A program made the position numbers and the translations under genes. 64,000 nt of DNA, taken from NCBI GenBank assembly GCA_030674475.1, contig JAUSCZ010000029.1:66357-130356 (forward strand). The letters run 5' to 3'. A model generated the notes under the pieces. That model did not search any database, was not told the DNA's origin, and was given only the letters and a program-made list of their open reading frames with translations. The stretch comes from Candidatus Omnitrophota bacterium (lineage in GTDB: Bacteria; Omnitrophota; Gorgyraeia; Gygaellales; UBA12090). Below are positions 39,740 through 49,768 of the stretch, one piece after another. Within the stretch, counting starts at the first letter, position 1. The number at the start of each line of letters is the position of its first letter.

Positions 39740-40339
39740 ATGCTTGCTTACGAGCAAAGGTTCGAATCTCAAGGCTATAAAGCGATAGCCGGAGTGGATG
39801 AGGCCGGACGCGGCCCCCTGGCCGGGCCGGTAGTCTCGGCGGCGGTGATTTTAAGGCAGGTGAAGTTTAAAAACCGTATTGATGATTCCAAGGTTTTAAG
39901 CGCGTCTCAAAGGGAAAAGGCCTATTCAGAGATAAGAAAAAAGGCCTGGGTTGCCATAGGTATCGTCGGTGAGAAGATAATTGACCAGATAAATATCTTA
40001 GAGGCGACTATTTTAAGTATGCGCCGGGCAATTTCTTTTTTGAGCCCTCAGCCGGATTTTGTTTTGGTTGACGGGAATATGTCTTTAAATCTCAATATCC
40101 CTTATGAAAGTATTGTCCGCGGCGATGCCCAAAGTCTTTCAATTGCCTGCGCCTCCATTATCGCCAAGGTAACCCGGGACAGGATTATGTCTATCTACCA
40201 CCGGAAATATCCGGAATATGGATTCTTAGAACATAAAGGCTATGGAACCAAGAGTCATTTTGAGGCCTTAAAAAGAATCGGCCCTTCGCCGATACACCGG
40301 ATGAGCTTTGCCCCGTTAAAAATAATAGCTATAAGCTAG
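39740..40339 (+). CDS. rnhB: Ribonuclease HII
   Basis: AGVDEAGRGPLAGPV, DDSK, ASIIAKVTRD and HKGYGT motifs. Confidence 0.97.
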   Translation: MLAYEQRFESQGYKAIAGVDEAGRGPLAGPVVSAAVILRQVKFKNRIDDSKVLSASQREKAYSEIRKKAWVAIGIVGEKIIDQINILEATILSMRRAISFLSPQPDFVLVDGNMSLNLNIPYESIVRGDAQSLSIACASIIAKVTRDRIMSIYHRKYPEYGFLEHKGYGTKSHFEALKRIGPSPIHRMSFAPLKIIAIS

Positions 40340-40481
40340 TGCGCTGTGACATCAGTTTTTAATATGACAGCGCACAGAGCAATTGAGCAATAGACAATAG
40401 AACAATAGACAAGCAAAAGCTCAATTGCGGTCTAATGTTCAATTGTTCTATTGTTCAAGAATTTATGTCACAGTGCACTAG
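40336..40481. mobile_element. MITE-like element with 17-bp terminal inverted repeats enclosing the 85-bp core shared with 12561-12645
   Basis: CTAGTGCGCTGTGACAT ... ATGTCACAGTGCACTAG (16/17 complementary). Confidence 0.7.
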
Positions 40482-40496
40482 CAGTTTTTATCATTA

Positions 40497-40880
40497 ATGA
40501 ACAGGCATAACCTGGATTTTGGAAAGACCTCTGAATCCGCGGCCGCGGAATTTCTAAAAAATCAGGGATACAAAATCTTAGAGCTTAATTACCGAAGCAT
40601 ATTCGGCGAGATTGATATTGTGGCCAGGGATGCCCAGGCAATATGTTTTATAGAGGTGAAATCCCGCTCTTCATCAGCCTTCGGCCTGCCCAAGGAGGCG
40701 GTGAACCGGCGCAAGCAATATAAGCTTTCTCAGTCCGCGTTAGCTTACTTAAAAGAACGGCGGCTTTTAAACCACAGCTGCCGTTTTGACGTTTTAGCGC
40801 TCAACCGCGATGAACAGGGCCAGCCGGGCTTTGAATTGCTCAAGGACGCTTTTGAGTTAAATAGTAGGTATACATATTAA
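40497..40880 (+). CDS. YraN family protein (UPF0102)
   Basis: GEIDIVA, FIEVKSR and CRFDV motifs; follows rnhB. Confidence 0.92.
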   Translation: MNRHNLDFGKTSESAAAEFLKNQGYKILELNYRSIFGEIDIVARDAQAICFIEVKSRSSSAFGLPKEAVNRRKQYKLSQSALAYLKERRLLNHSCRFDVLALNRDEQGQPGFELLKDAFELNSRYTY

Positions 40881-40894
40881 GGAGGAAACAGAAC

Positions 40895-42589
40895 GTGCTT
40901 TCTAATTTAGAAATAGCCCGAAAGACCAAGCCCTATCCTATAACCAGGGTTGCCAAATCCATAGGCATCAAAGAAACTGAACTGGAATTATACGGAAATT
41001 ATAAAGCCAAGATAGATTTATCCGTTTTAAAAAGGATAAAGAATAAACCGCGGGGCAAATATATCCTGGTTACCGCGATTACCCCTACCCCATTAGGAGA
41101 AGGAAAAACCGTCACTACCATCGGATTATCTATGGCTTTAAGTTCACTCGGTAAAAAAACCATCACTTGTATGCGCCAGCCTTCCTTAGGCCCGGTTTTT
41201 GGAATCAAGGGAGGAGCCTCAGGCGGCGGATACTCCCAGGTTATTCCAATGGAAGATTTGAATCTGCATTTTACCGGCGATGTCCATGCCGTGGGAATGA
41301 GCAATAACCTGGCCTGCGCCTTCTTAGATAATTATATTCTTAAAGGTAATGCCTTGAATATAAATCCGGAAAAAATTTACTTAAGAAGGGTGTTGGATGT
41401 ATCGGACAGGTTCTTACGCAATATCAAAATCGGCCTGGGTGGTAAAGACGACGGCGTGAGCCGGGATACCGGATTTGATATCGCGGTTGCCTCGGAGGTA
41501 ATGGCCATACTCGCCTTAACTATCAGTTTAGCTGACCTGCGTAAACGTTTGGGCCGGATGGTGGTGGCAGAAGACTTCTCAGGAAAACCGGTAACCGCGG
41601 ATCAGTTGGGGGTGGCCGGCAGTATGTGCATATTATTGAAAGACGCGATTAAGCCGAATCTGATTCAAACTTTGGAACATAGCCCGGTGATGGTGCATGC
41701 CGGCCCGTTTGGAAATATCGCCCACGGTAACAGCTCAATTATTGCCGACCAGATTGCCTTGCGCTTGGCCGACTTCGTGGTTACCGAAGCGGGATTCGGC
41801 ACGGATTTGGGAGCGGAAAAATTCTTTGACATAAAATGCCGCTATTCCGGCCTTAAGCCGGACGCGGTGGTGATGGTCGCCACCATCCGGGCCCTAAAGA
41901 TGCACTCCGGAAGGTTTAATGTAGTTGCCGGTAAACCCTTGGAACAAGGTTTAATTACCGAAGATTTAGACGCGGTTAGTGCCGGAATATGTAATTTAGA
42001 AAAGCAGATTGAAAATGTGCGCTTATTTGGACTTCCCTGTATTGTGGCTCTGAATAGATTTACCACTGATACCGATAGAGAGGTTGAATTAGTGAAGAAA
42101 AAGGCGGTCTCCGCCGGGGCCAGCGGTTGTTTTGTCAGTGAGGTTTGGGCTAAGGGCTCTAAAGGGGCGATAGCTTTGGCCAAAGCGGTAGTCAGCGCGG
42201 CTAAAGAAAAAAATAATTTCAAGTTTTTATATCCTCTGGATATGCCGATTAAAGATAAAATAAAGACTATTGCCACCAAGGTTTACGGGGCCAAGGATGT
42301 GGAGTATGAGCCTATAGCTGAAGAAAAAATAGCCAAGTTCAGCCAGTTAGGCTACGATAAGCTTCCTATATGTATGGCCAAGAGTCATCTGTCTTTGTCC
42401 CACGACCCGAACCTAAAAGGAAGGCCGGAAGGATTTATCTTACCGGTGCGGGATATCCGCGCCTCGGTCGGCGCGGGCTTTCTTTATCCCTTATGCGGCA
42501 AAATGCAGACTATGCCCGGCCTACCCTCAAAACCCGCGCTTTTACGGATGGATATTGATAAAAAGGGAAACATTGTAGGTTTATCGTGA
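40895..42589 (+). CDS. fhs: Formate--tetrahydrofolate ligase
   Basis: TPTPLGEGKT, KGGASGGGYSQ, HAGPFGNIAHG and TEAGFG motifs. Confidence 0.97.
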   Translation: MLSNLEIARKTKPYPITRVAKSIGIKETELELYGNYKAKIDLSVLKRIKNKPRGKYILVTAITPTPLGEGKTVTTIGLSMALSSLGKKTITCMRQPSLGPVFGIKGGASGGGYSQVIPMEDLNLHFTGDVHAVGMSNNLACAFLDNYILKGNALNINPEKIYLRRVLDVSDRFLRNIKIGLGGKDDGVSRDTGFDIAVASEVMAILALTISLADLRKRLGRMVVAEDFSGKPVTADQLGVAGSMCILLKDAIKPNLIQTLEHSPVMVHAGPFGNIAHGNSSIIADQIALRLADFVVTEAGFGTDLGAEKFFDIKCRYSGLKPDAVVMVATIRALKMHSGRFNVVAGKPLEQGLITEDLDAVSAGICNLEKQIENVRLFGLPCIVALNRFTTDTDREVELVKKKAVSAGASGCFVSEVWAKGSKGAIALAKAVVSAAKEKNNFKFLYPLDMPIKDKIKTIATKVYGAKDVEYEPIAEEKIAKFSQLGYDKLPICMAKSHLSLSHDPNLKGRPEGFILPVRDIRASVGAGFLYPLCGKMQTMPGLPSKPALLRMDIDKKGNIVGLS

Positions 42590-43191
42590 GAAACCAGCCT
42601 GCCCCGGTAAAGCGAAACAGGCCGGGGAGATCGGTAACCAGTTACCAGAGAGCATCTCTCAAAACCTACTTAGATGATTTGGCGGCGAAAAGGCCTACTC
42701 CTGGAGGGGGGTCTGCGGCGGCTTTGACCGGGGCTTTAGGGTGCGCCCTTTTGAGCATGGCCTGCAATTTTACTATCGGTAAAGACAAGTATAAAGATGT
42801 AGAGTCAAAGATAAAATCCGCCTTAAGGGAAACCGAGTCGTTAAGAAAGAGACTTCTATCTTTAGTGGATTTGGATGTCCGGGCCTACAATAAGGTTTTT
42901 AACAGCCGCAAGGCCAAAGAAAATATTTATCAGAAAAATTTAATCGCGGCCACCAAGGTTCCGCTGGAAATAGGTATTTTGGCGCTTAAGGGATACGGGC
43001 TTTGTCCGCTCTTAAGGAAGATTGCCAATAGGTATTTAATCAGCGATGTGTATGTAGGGGAAGAATTATTAAAATCTTGCTTTAAATCCGCGGAATTTAA
43101 TGTTATAATTAATCTTCCGCAAATTAAGGATAAGAGTTTTATTCTCCGGACTAAAAAAACAATTACCGATCTAAAAAATAAATTAAGATGA
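42586..43191 (+). CDS. Cyclodeaminase/methenyl-THF cyclohydrolase family protein (FchA-like)
   Basis: PTPGGGSAAAL, NFTIGK, ISDV and NVIINL; lies between fhs and folD. Confidence 0.85.
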   Translation: MRNQPAPVKRNRPGRSVTSYQRASLKTYLDDLAAKRPTPGGGSAAALTGALGCALLSMACNFTIGKDKYKDVESKIKSALRETESLRKRLLSLVDLDVRAYNKVFNSRKAKENIYQKNLIAATKVPLEIGILALKGYGLCPLLRKIANRYLISDVYVGEELLKSCFKSAEFNVIINLPQIKDKSFILRTKKTITDLKNKLR

Positions 43192-44045
43192 GTGCCAAGC
43201 TTTTGGAAGGCAAGCCTCTTGCTTTAAAGATCAAGGAAGAGATAAAAAAAGAAGTTATCCGGCTAAAGGCCAAATCCGGCAGAGGCCCGGTTTTGGCCGG
43301 GGTGCAGATTGGGGATAATCCGGCGGCCGAGGTTTACTTTAGGTCCCAGATAAAATGCGCCGCTGAGCTGGATATAGAATACCGCCATCATAAACTCACC
43401 CAGGATATAAACCAGGATAAATTTTTTTCTTTTCTGGATTCACTTAATAGCGATAAAGATACTTCGGCTGTTTTTATCCAGATGCCTTTACCCGGCCATA
43501 TTGATTCGCGTTTAATCCCCCGGCACATCTCACCCTTTAAGGACGCCGAAGGCATGCATCCGGAAAATTTAGGTAAACTCTTTTTCGGCCAGGCCAAATT
43601 TATTCCCTGCACCGCTAACAGCGTAATGGAGCTATTACGCTCAACCGGAGTTAGTCTGCGCGGGAAGGAAGCGGTGGTGGTCGGACACAGCGAGATAGTG
43701 GGAAAGCCCTTGAGCCTGCTTTTATTAGAGCAGTTCGCCACGACTACTGTCTGTCATATCGCTACGGCTGAGCGGGGCCTGACCCAGGAGCATATAAAAA
43801 GGGCCGAGGTTCTGGTGGTCGCGGTAGGCCGGGCCAACCTGATTAAAGGTGAATGGATTAAAGAGGGAGCCATTGTGGTGGATGTGGGGATAAACAGGGT
43901 GAAGGAAAGAATAGTCGGCGATATAGAATTTGAAGAAGCCTCTAAACGGGCTTCCTGGATTACCCCGGTACCCGGAGGGGTGGGTCCTTTAACCGTAACT
44001 ATGCTGATGCGTAATGTGGTTGAAGCGGCGAAATTACAGCTATAA
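43188..44045 (+). CDS. folD: Methylene-THF dehydrogenase/cyclohydrolase
   Basis: PCTAN, GHSEIVGKP, VDVGINR and TPVPGGVGPLT motifs. Confidence 0.96.
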   Translation: MSAKLLEGKPLALKIKEEIKKEVIRLKAKSGRGPVLAGVQIGDNPAAEVYFRSQIKCAAELDIEYRHHKLTQDINQDKFFSFLDSLNSDKDTSAVFIQMPLPGHIDSRLIPRHISPFKDAEGMHPENLGKLFFGQAKFIPCTANSVMELLRSTGVSLRGKEAVVVGHSEIVGKPLSLLLLEQFATTTVCHIATAERGLTQEHIKRAEVLVVAVGRANLIKGEWIKEGAIVVDVGINRVKERIVGDIEFEEASKRASWITPVPGGVGPLTVTMLMRNVVEAAKLQL

Positions 44046-44074
44046 ATACATAATTTTATAACCTGGAGCTTAAG

Positions 44075-44944
44075 ATGACTTTTAAAGAAAAAATTCAGGC
44101 GGGAAAGTTTATCCTTACCAGTGAAGTCGGTCCTCCTAAGGGGATAGAATCCGGGCGTATCTTAGAAGACGTGGAATTGGTGCGGGGCAGGGTGGATGCG
44201 ATCAATGTTACTGATTTGCAGAGTTCAGTAATGCGTTTGGGTTCTTTGGCGGTAAGCATCCGGCTCAAGGAAAAAGGTTTTGAGCCGGTGTATCAAGTTA
44301 CCTGCCGGGATCGTAATCGTCTGGCTTTACAATCGGATATCCTATCCGCGGCCAATTTTGGAATTGAGAATATCCTGGCCTTGACCGGGGATCATCCTAA
44401 ATTAGGGGACCATCCTCACGCCAAGGCGGTTTTTGATATTGATTCGGTCCAACTTATCCAGGTTATTCGTCGGCTGGAACAAGGCCTGGATATGGCCGGG
44501 AAAAAATTAGAAGGTGTTTTGCCGAAATTCTGCGTGGGGGCGGTGGTCAATCCCGGCTCGGATCCTCTTGAGCCGCAGATTATGAAGATGGAGAAAAAGA
44601 TAGACGCGGGAGCGGAGTTTTTTCAGACCCAGGCAGTGTATGATTTAAAGACCTTTGAAAACTTTCTTTCTAAAACTAAGCATCTCAAGACTACTATTAT
44701 TGCCGGAATAGTTTTGCTGAAATCCGCGGGGATGGCCAAATATATGAATGAGAATGTGGCCGGTATTTCTGTGCCGGATAATCTGATTCAAGAAATGCAA
44801 GACACCAAAGACAAACAGGCTACGTCAATTGAGATTGCCGCCCGTTTGATTAAAGAACTTAAGCCGATATGCCAAGGCATACACATTATGCCCATCGGCT
44901 GGGATAAATTAGTGCCCAAGGTTTTGGATGCCGCGGGATTATAG
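44075..44944 (+). CDS. metF: Methylenetetrahydrofolate reductase
   Basis: AINVTD, TCRDRNRLALQ, ALTGD and GAEFFQTQ motifs. Confidence 0.93.
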   Translation: MTFKEKIQAGKFILTSEVGPPKGIESGRILEDVELVRGRVDAINVTDLQSSVMRLGSLAVSIRLKEKGFEPVYQVTCRDRNRLALQSDILSAANFGIENILALTGDHPKLGDHPHAKAVFDIDSVQLIQVIRRLEQGLDMAGKKLEGVLPKFCVGAVVNPGSDPLEPQIMKMEKKIDAGAEFFQTQAVYDLKTFENFLSKTKHLKTTIIAGIVLLKSAGMAKYMNENVAGISVPDNLIQEMQDTKDKQATSIEIAARLIKELKPICQGIHIMPIGWDKLVPKVLDAAGL

Positions 44945-45004
44945 AGTTAAAAATATTTCTTCGCGTTTTTGCGGTATAAGGTTTTTTTGCGCTTTTGCGT
45001 TACT

Positions 45005-45778
45005 ATGAAGATTGCCATCAGCGGTAAGGGCGGTTCGGGTAAGACCACCATTGCCGCGGGTTTAATAAAAATATTAGTTGAAAAAAATAAGTCGGTAATC
45101 GCGCTGGATTGTGATCCGGATATAAGCTTAGGCCTGGCTTTGGATTTTCCCGCTTATAATGAGATTAAGCCTATCAGCCAAATGAAGGATCTCATCTTTG
45201 AGCGCACCGGCGTAGATCCCGCTAATCCCCAAGGGTTCTTTCAGATTAATCCCAAGGTAGACGACATCCCGGAAAAGTTCTGTCCCCAGGATAAGGGCAT
45301 CCGCCTGATTGTGATGGGTAAGGTGGATAAGCCTCAAGGGGGTTGTCTTTGCCCGGAGAATACCTTTGTGCGCTCATTAGTCGGACACCTGGTCTTAAGG
45401 CAGAATGAGGTGGTAATTTTGGATATGGCTGCCGGCTCCGAGCATTTGGGAAGGGCCACCGCCCGCGGGGTGGATGTTTTTTTGATTTCGGTTGAGCCCT
45501 CAGCAACCAGCCTCCAGACGGCCAAGCATATCAAGGAATTGGCTGAAGGCTTAGGATTAACGAAAATATTTTTTATCGGAAATAAAATAAAAAATGCGTC
45601 CGATCTTGATTTTATCCAGTCCTCTTTAGGAAATGAGCTTATCGCCAGCGTAAGTTTTAACCGGACCCTGGAAGGCTCAAGGGGAAAGTTTGTTTTTGAT
45701 CAAAACCTGCGTAAAGAATTTGAAACTATTTATAATACACTTGCTGCCGTCTCTGGCGCGGATAATCCGCGCGATTAA
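45005..45778 (+). CDS. cooC: CODH/ACS nickel-insertion ATPase (CooC/AcsF)
   Basis: MKIAISGKGGSGKTT, DCDP, GGCLCPEN and EHLGRATA; ATG at 45005. Confidence 0.92.
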   Translation: MKIAISGKGGSGKTTIAAGLIKILVEKNKSVIALDCDPDISLGLALDFPAYNEIKPISQMKDLIFERTGVDPANPQGFFQINPKVDDIPEKFCPQDKGIRLIVMGKVDKPQGGCLCPENTFVRSLVGHLVLRQNEVVILDMAAGSEHLGRATARGVDVFLISVEPSATSLQTAKHIKELAEGLGLTKIFFIGNKIKNASDLDFIQSSLGNELIASVSFNRTLEGSRGKFVFDQNLRKEFETIYNTLAAVSGADNPRD

Positions 45779-45799
45779 CGGCTGCAATGGAGGTGAATA

Positions 45800-47707
45800 A
45801 TGGCTGAAAATAAATTTTATGGAGATAGCGCCACCCAGGAAATGCGCCAGGTGGCTGAAGATTTAGGTATTCAGACTGTCTGGGATAGAGAGCTCTTGCA
45901 ACAGCCCCACTGCGGATTCGGATTATTGGGAATTTGCTGTAAAAATTGTAACTTAGGCCCTTGCAGGATTGACCCTTTTAATCCCAACGGCCCCAAGCTG
46001 GGCGTCTGTGGCGCTGACGCGGATGTGATTGCCGCGCGTAATCTCCTGCGCCATATTACCGCCGGCTCCGCCTGTCATAATGACCACGGAAGGGAGCTTA
46101 CTAAAGCCTTTAAGCTTGCCGCCCAGGGCAAGGCTCCGGGTTATCAGATTACCGATGAGTCTAAGCTTAAAGTCCTGGCTCAGGAATACGGGGTTAAAGT
46201 TGAGGGCAGAAGCCCTCAGGATATTGCCGTGGATTTAGCCGACCGGATTTTTGCCGAATACGGACAGCAGGAGGGAGAACTGGTTCTTATCCAGCGCGCA
46301 CCCAAAAAGACCAAAGAGATGTGGAGAAAACTGGGGATTATGCCCCGGGGCATTGATCGGGAGGTGGTTGAGGCCTTAGCCCGGACCAATATGGGCGTGG
46401 ATAATGATTACCGCTCTCTGATGCGCCACGGTATGCGGGTGGCCTTAAGTGATGGCTGGGGCGGTTCAATGATTGCTACTGAATTAACCGATATTCTATT
46501 TCGTTCTCCCCGCCCGCTTGATTCCCGGGTCAACTTAGGGGTTTTGAAATACGACCAGGTGAATATCCTGGTTCACGGCCATGTGCCGGTTTTATCCGAT
46601 ATGATTGCCCAGGCCGCCAGCGACCCGGAGTTGATAAAGTTAGCCAAGGAAAAAGGCGCTTCCGGAATAACTGTGGCCGGAATCTGCTGTACCGCCTTAG
46701 AGGTTTTGATTAGGCGGGGGGTGCCGGTTGCCGGAAACTTCTTGCAACAGGAGCTGGCCTTGGTTACCGGCGTGGTTGAGATGCTCATAGTTGACCTGCA
46801 GTGTGTTATGCCCTCTCTGCCGAATATCGCTAGTAATTTTCACACTAAGGTGGTTTCCACCAGCCCCCGGGCCCATTTTCCGGGCAGCGAATATGTTGAG
46901 TTTAAGGAAGAGCAGGGTTATGAAATTGCTAAAAAGCTGATTCAGACGGCGATTGAAAATTATCCTAATCGTAACCAGGAAAAAGTCCATATCCCCCGGG
47001 CCACGGAAAACTTAATTTCTGGTTTCACCACTGAGTATATTTTTGAGATGTTAGGGGGCAAGACCTTATCCACCTATAAGCCGCTTAACGACGGGGTGGC
47101 AATGGGAAGGATCAGAGGTGTGGCCGGGGTGGTCGGATGCGATAATCCTAAGATGCAAAGCGGTGAAACTCACATTAAGTTAATCAAAGAACTGCTTAAG
47201 AACGATGTTCTGGTGGTGCAGACCGGCTGTGCCGCCACTGCCTGCGGCAAGGAAGGCCTGCTTACCCCTGAAACCGCTTTTAAATACGCCGGCAAGGGCC
47301 TTCAGGAAATCTGTGAGGCGGTGGGATGTCCTCCGATTTTACATATGGGGCCTTGCGTGGATAATTCCCGGATTTTGACTGCCTGCTGCGAAATAGTCGG
47401 TGCCGGAGGCTTAGGCGTGGGCCTGGATGAACTTCCGGTTGTCGGAATCGCCCCGGAATGGATGTCCGAGAAGGCCATTGCTATCGGCTGGTATTTCGTG
47501 GCCTCCGGGGCTTTGGTGATTTTTGGCCAGCCTTTTCCGGTATACGGCGCTAAAAATATGACTAATTTTGTTACTAAAGAGGTTGAGGAATTAACCGGAG
47601 GAAAGTGGGCCTTTGAAATTGACCCGCTTAAAATGGCCAAGATTACCATCGAGCATATGAATTCTAAAAGAAAGGCCTTAAACCTCAAGCCGATGATGTA
47701 CCAATAA
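45800..47707 (+). CDS. cooS: Anaerobic Ni,Fe carbon monoxide dehydrogenase catalytic subunit
   Basis: CGFG..GICCKNCNLGPC; C-cluster ligand motifs HGH, ICCT, QC, GCDN, TGC, GPCVD; MSEKA. Confidence 0.96.
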   Translation: MAENKFYGDSATQEMRQVAEDLGIQTVWDRELLQQPHCGFGLLGICCKNCNLGPCRIDPFNPNGPKLGVCGADADVIAARNLLRHITAGSACHNDHGRELTKAFKLAAQGKAPGYQITDESKLKVLAQEYGVKVEGRSPQDIAVDLADRIFAEYGQQEGELVLIQRAPKKTKEMWRKLGIMPRGIDREVVEALARTNMGVDNDYRSLMRHGMRVALSDGWGGSMIATELTDILFRSPRPLDSRVNLGVLKYDQVNILVHGHVPVLSDMIAQAASDPELIKLAKEKGASGITVAGICCTALEVLIRRGVPVAGNFLQQELALVTGVVEMLIVDLQCVMPSLPNIASNFHTKVVSTSPRAHFPGSEYVEFKEEQGYEIAKKLIQTAIENYPNRNQEKVHIPRATENLISGFTTEYIFEMLGGKTLSTYKPLNDGVAMGRIRGVAGVVGCDNPKMQSGETHIKLIKELLKNDVLVVQTGCAATACGKEGLLTPETAFKYAGKGLQEICEAVGCPPILHMGPCVDNSRILTACCEIVGAGGLGVGLDELPVVGIAPEWMSEKAIAIGWYFVASGALVIFGQPFPVYGAKNMTNFVTKEVEELTGGKWAFEIDPLKMAKITIEHMNSKRKALNLKPMMYQ

Positions 47708-47808
47708 AAGTCAAAAGTCAAAAGTAAAAAGGTAAAACCAAAACGTAAAAATCAAAAGTTTTGATTTTTGACTTGTGGTTTTTACTTTTGCATTTTTAAT
47801 TTTTAGTT
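47706..47808. repeat. AAAAGTC heptamer inverted-arm element
   Basis: AAAAGTC-AAAAGTC-AAAAGTA-AAAAGGT ... TTTTGAT-TTTTGAC..TTTTTAC-TTTTGCA-TTTTTAA. Confidence 0.85.
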
Positions 47809-47819
47809 AGCGTATTGTT

Positions 47820-48257
47820 ATGAAGAAATTATATTACAATTCCAAGAAATGCACTGCCTGCAAAACCTGCGAGATTGTCTGCGCCATAGGCCATTCTCCT
47901 TCTAAGGATTTGTATACCGCCGTCTTAGAAGAGAATGTGGCTCTTCCTTCAGTCAGGGTGTATGTCGGCCAGGAGGAAAATTATCCGATGGCCTGCCGGC
48001 ATTGCCAGGATCATCCTTGTGTTCAGGCCTGTATTGCCGCGGCTTTAAAATACGACCCTCAGGAAGGCCTGCTTTTTGATCAGGAAAAGTGCGTAGGCTG
48101 TTGGATGTGTGTTATGGTCTGCCCTTATGGGGCGGTCCGGCCCGATTTTCGGGATTCCAAGTCGGTCCGATGCGACCTCTGCGTGGATATTAAAGACCCT
48201 CGCTGCGCCAAGAACTGCCCGACTAAGGCAATCCTTTATGTAGAGGAAAAGCGATAA
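47820..48257 (+). CDS. cooF: CooF-like 4Fe-4S dicluster electron transfer protein
   Basis: Four cysteine clusters (CTACKTC, CRHC..HPC, CVGCWMC, CDLC..PRC); follows cooS. Confidence 0.88.
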   Translation: MKKLYYNSKKCTACKTCEIVCAIGHSPSKDLYTAVLEENVALPSVRVYVGQEENYPMACRHCQDHPCVQACIAAALKYDPQEGLLFDQEKCVGCWMCVMVCPYGAVRPDFRDSKSVRCDLCVDIKDPRCAKNCPTKAILYVEEKR

Positions 48258-48379
48258 ATGTCTAATGACGAAGCCCGAATGGCGAATGAATTTTCAAATG
48301 ACTTAATGCCTAATTAGACATTTTGGTATTAAAGAATTAGACATTCATTCGGGATTCGTCATTAGAAATTCGGCATTAA
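48257..48379. repeat. AATGACN element; inverted near-identical copy of 59287-59409
   Basis: About 9 mismatches over about 120 nt against the reverse complement of the 59.3-kb copy (manual alignment). Confidence 0.92.
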
Positions 48380-48396
48380 TCTCAATAGGTTCGATT

Positions 48397-49653
48397 ATGA
48401 AACGAGTTGTTATTATAGGTAATTCCGCGGCAGGGATATCCTGCGCCGAGGCCTTGCGTAAGAAAGATAAAGAGATCAAGATAACTATCCTTTCCAGGGA
48501 GGATTACACCGGCTATAACCGTTGTCTGATTTCTTATTATCTGGCCGGAGATATTAAAGAAGACAAATTAGTCTATAAACCCAAAAAATTCTACTCCGAA
48601 AATGATATTGAACTGCTTTTAAACCAAAAGGCAGGCAGGATTGACTCTAAAAAAAATCAGGTAGTACTGGAGGATAAGACCAGGATTGATTATGATTATT
48701 TGGTTTTGGCCTGCGGCGCTTCTCCTAAATTACCTGAGATAAAAGGTATCCATAAAAAGGGGGTTTTTGGCTTTCGCACTATTTCTGATGCCAAGGGAAT
48801 GCTGGAACTGCTTCCTATTACCCAGACTGCCTGCGTCTTAGGCGGAGGGCTGATCGGCCTTAAGGCCGCTTACGGCCTGAAAAAAAGAAAAATAGAGGTC
48901 AAGGTAATAGTTAAGTCTTCCCAGATTCTTTCCCAGATTTTGGATAAAGAGTCTGCTGAGATGTGTAAACGGCGTTTGGTGGAAAACGGAATTGAGATAG
49001 TCAGCGGTTCGCAAGCCCAGGAGATTATCGGAGAAGGTGACTGCCGGGCGGTAAAATTAGATTCCGGAAAGGTGATTGCTGCATCCATTGTGGTGGTGGG
49101 AAAAGGGGTCAAGCCGAATATTGAACTGGCAGAAGATTCCGGGATAAAATTCGAAGAAGGGGTCCTGGTGGATGATTATATGCGGACCAATATTCCCAAT
49201 ATTTATGCCGCCGGGGATATTGCCCAGAGTTATGACCCCATATTAGAGAAGACAGCGGTCAATGCCCTTTGGCCGAACGCGATCGAGCAGGGCTTGATTG
49301 TTGCCGCCAGTATTTCCGGCGAGAATAAAAAATACCCGGGTTCGGTGGGGATGAATTCGGTGGAGTTCTTCGGCCTGCCGGTAATCTCTTTTGGGATAAC
49401 CAAAACCCCGGATGGCTTTGAAGAAATAGCGCTTAAGGATATCCGGCAGGATATTTACCGAAAGATTGTCTTAAAAAACAATGTCATCAAGGGAGCGGTA
49501 TTCGTCAAGAAAATAGAGAATATCGGCATACTGCTTAAGCTGGCCAGGCTTAAAGTAGATGTCTCCGGCATCAAAGATAAATTACTGCGCCCGGATTTTA
49601 ATTTCTCCTTTACCAAGGATCTTCAATACGACAAAGAAGAAGTGTATATTTAA
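48397..49653 (+). CDS. FAD-dependent NAD(P) oxidoreductase (CODH-associated, NirB-like)
   Basis: IGNSAAG, LGGGLIG and TNIPNIYAAGD motifs. Confidence 0.88.
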   Translation: MKRVVIIGNSAAGISCAEALRKKDKEIKITILSREDYTGYNRCLISYYLAGDIKEDKLVYKPKKFYSENDIELLLNQKAGRIDSKKNQVVLEDKTRIDYDYLVLACGASPKLPEIKGIHKKGVFGFRTISDAKGMLELLPITQTACVLGGGLIGLKAAYGLKKRKIEVKVIVKSSQILSQILDKESAEMCKRRLVENGIEIVSGSQAQEIIGEGDCRAVKLDSGKVIAASIVVVGKGVKPNIELAEDSGIKFEEGVLVDDYMRTNIPNIYAAGDIAQSYDPILEKTAVNALWPNAIEQGLIVAASISGENKKYPGSVGMNSVEFFGLPVISFGITKTPDGFEEIALKDIRQDIYRKIVLKNNVIKGAVFVKKIENIGILLKLARLKVDVSGIKDKLLRPDFNFSFTKDLQYDKEEVYI

Positions 49654-49679
49654 TAACCAATAACCAAATTGTAAATGAA

Positions 49680-49746
49680 AAAGGTTAAGGTTAAGGCTGA
49701 GGTCAAGGTGGAGACAAGCTTAATCTAAGCCTTGGCCTTAACCTTT
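49680..49746. repeat. Hexamer (AAGGTT) inverted-arm element
   Basis: AAGGTT-AAGGTT-AAGGCT-GAGGTC-AAGGTG ... AAGCCT-TGGCCT-TAACCT. Confidence 0.8.
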
Positions 49747-49768
49747 ATTTAAACAGGGGGTTGGTAAA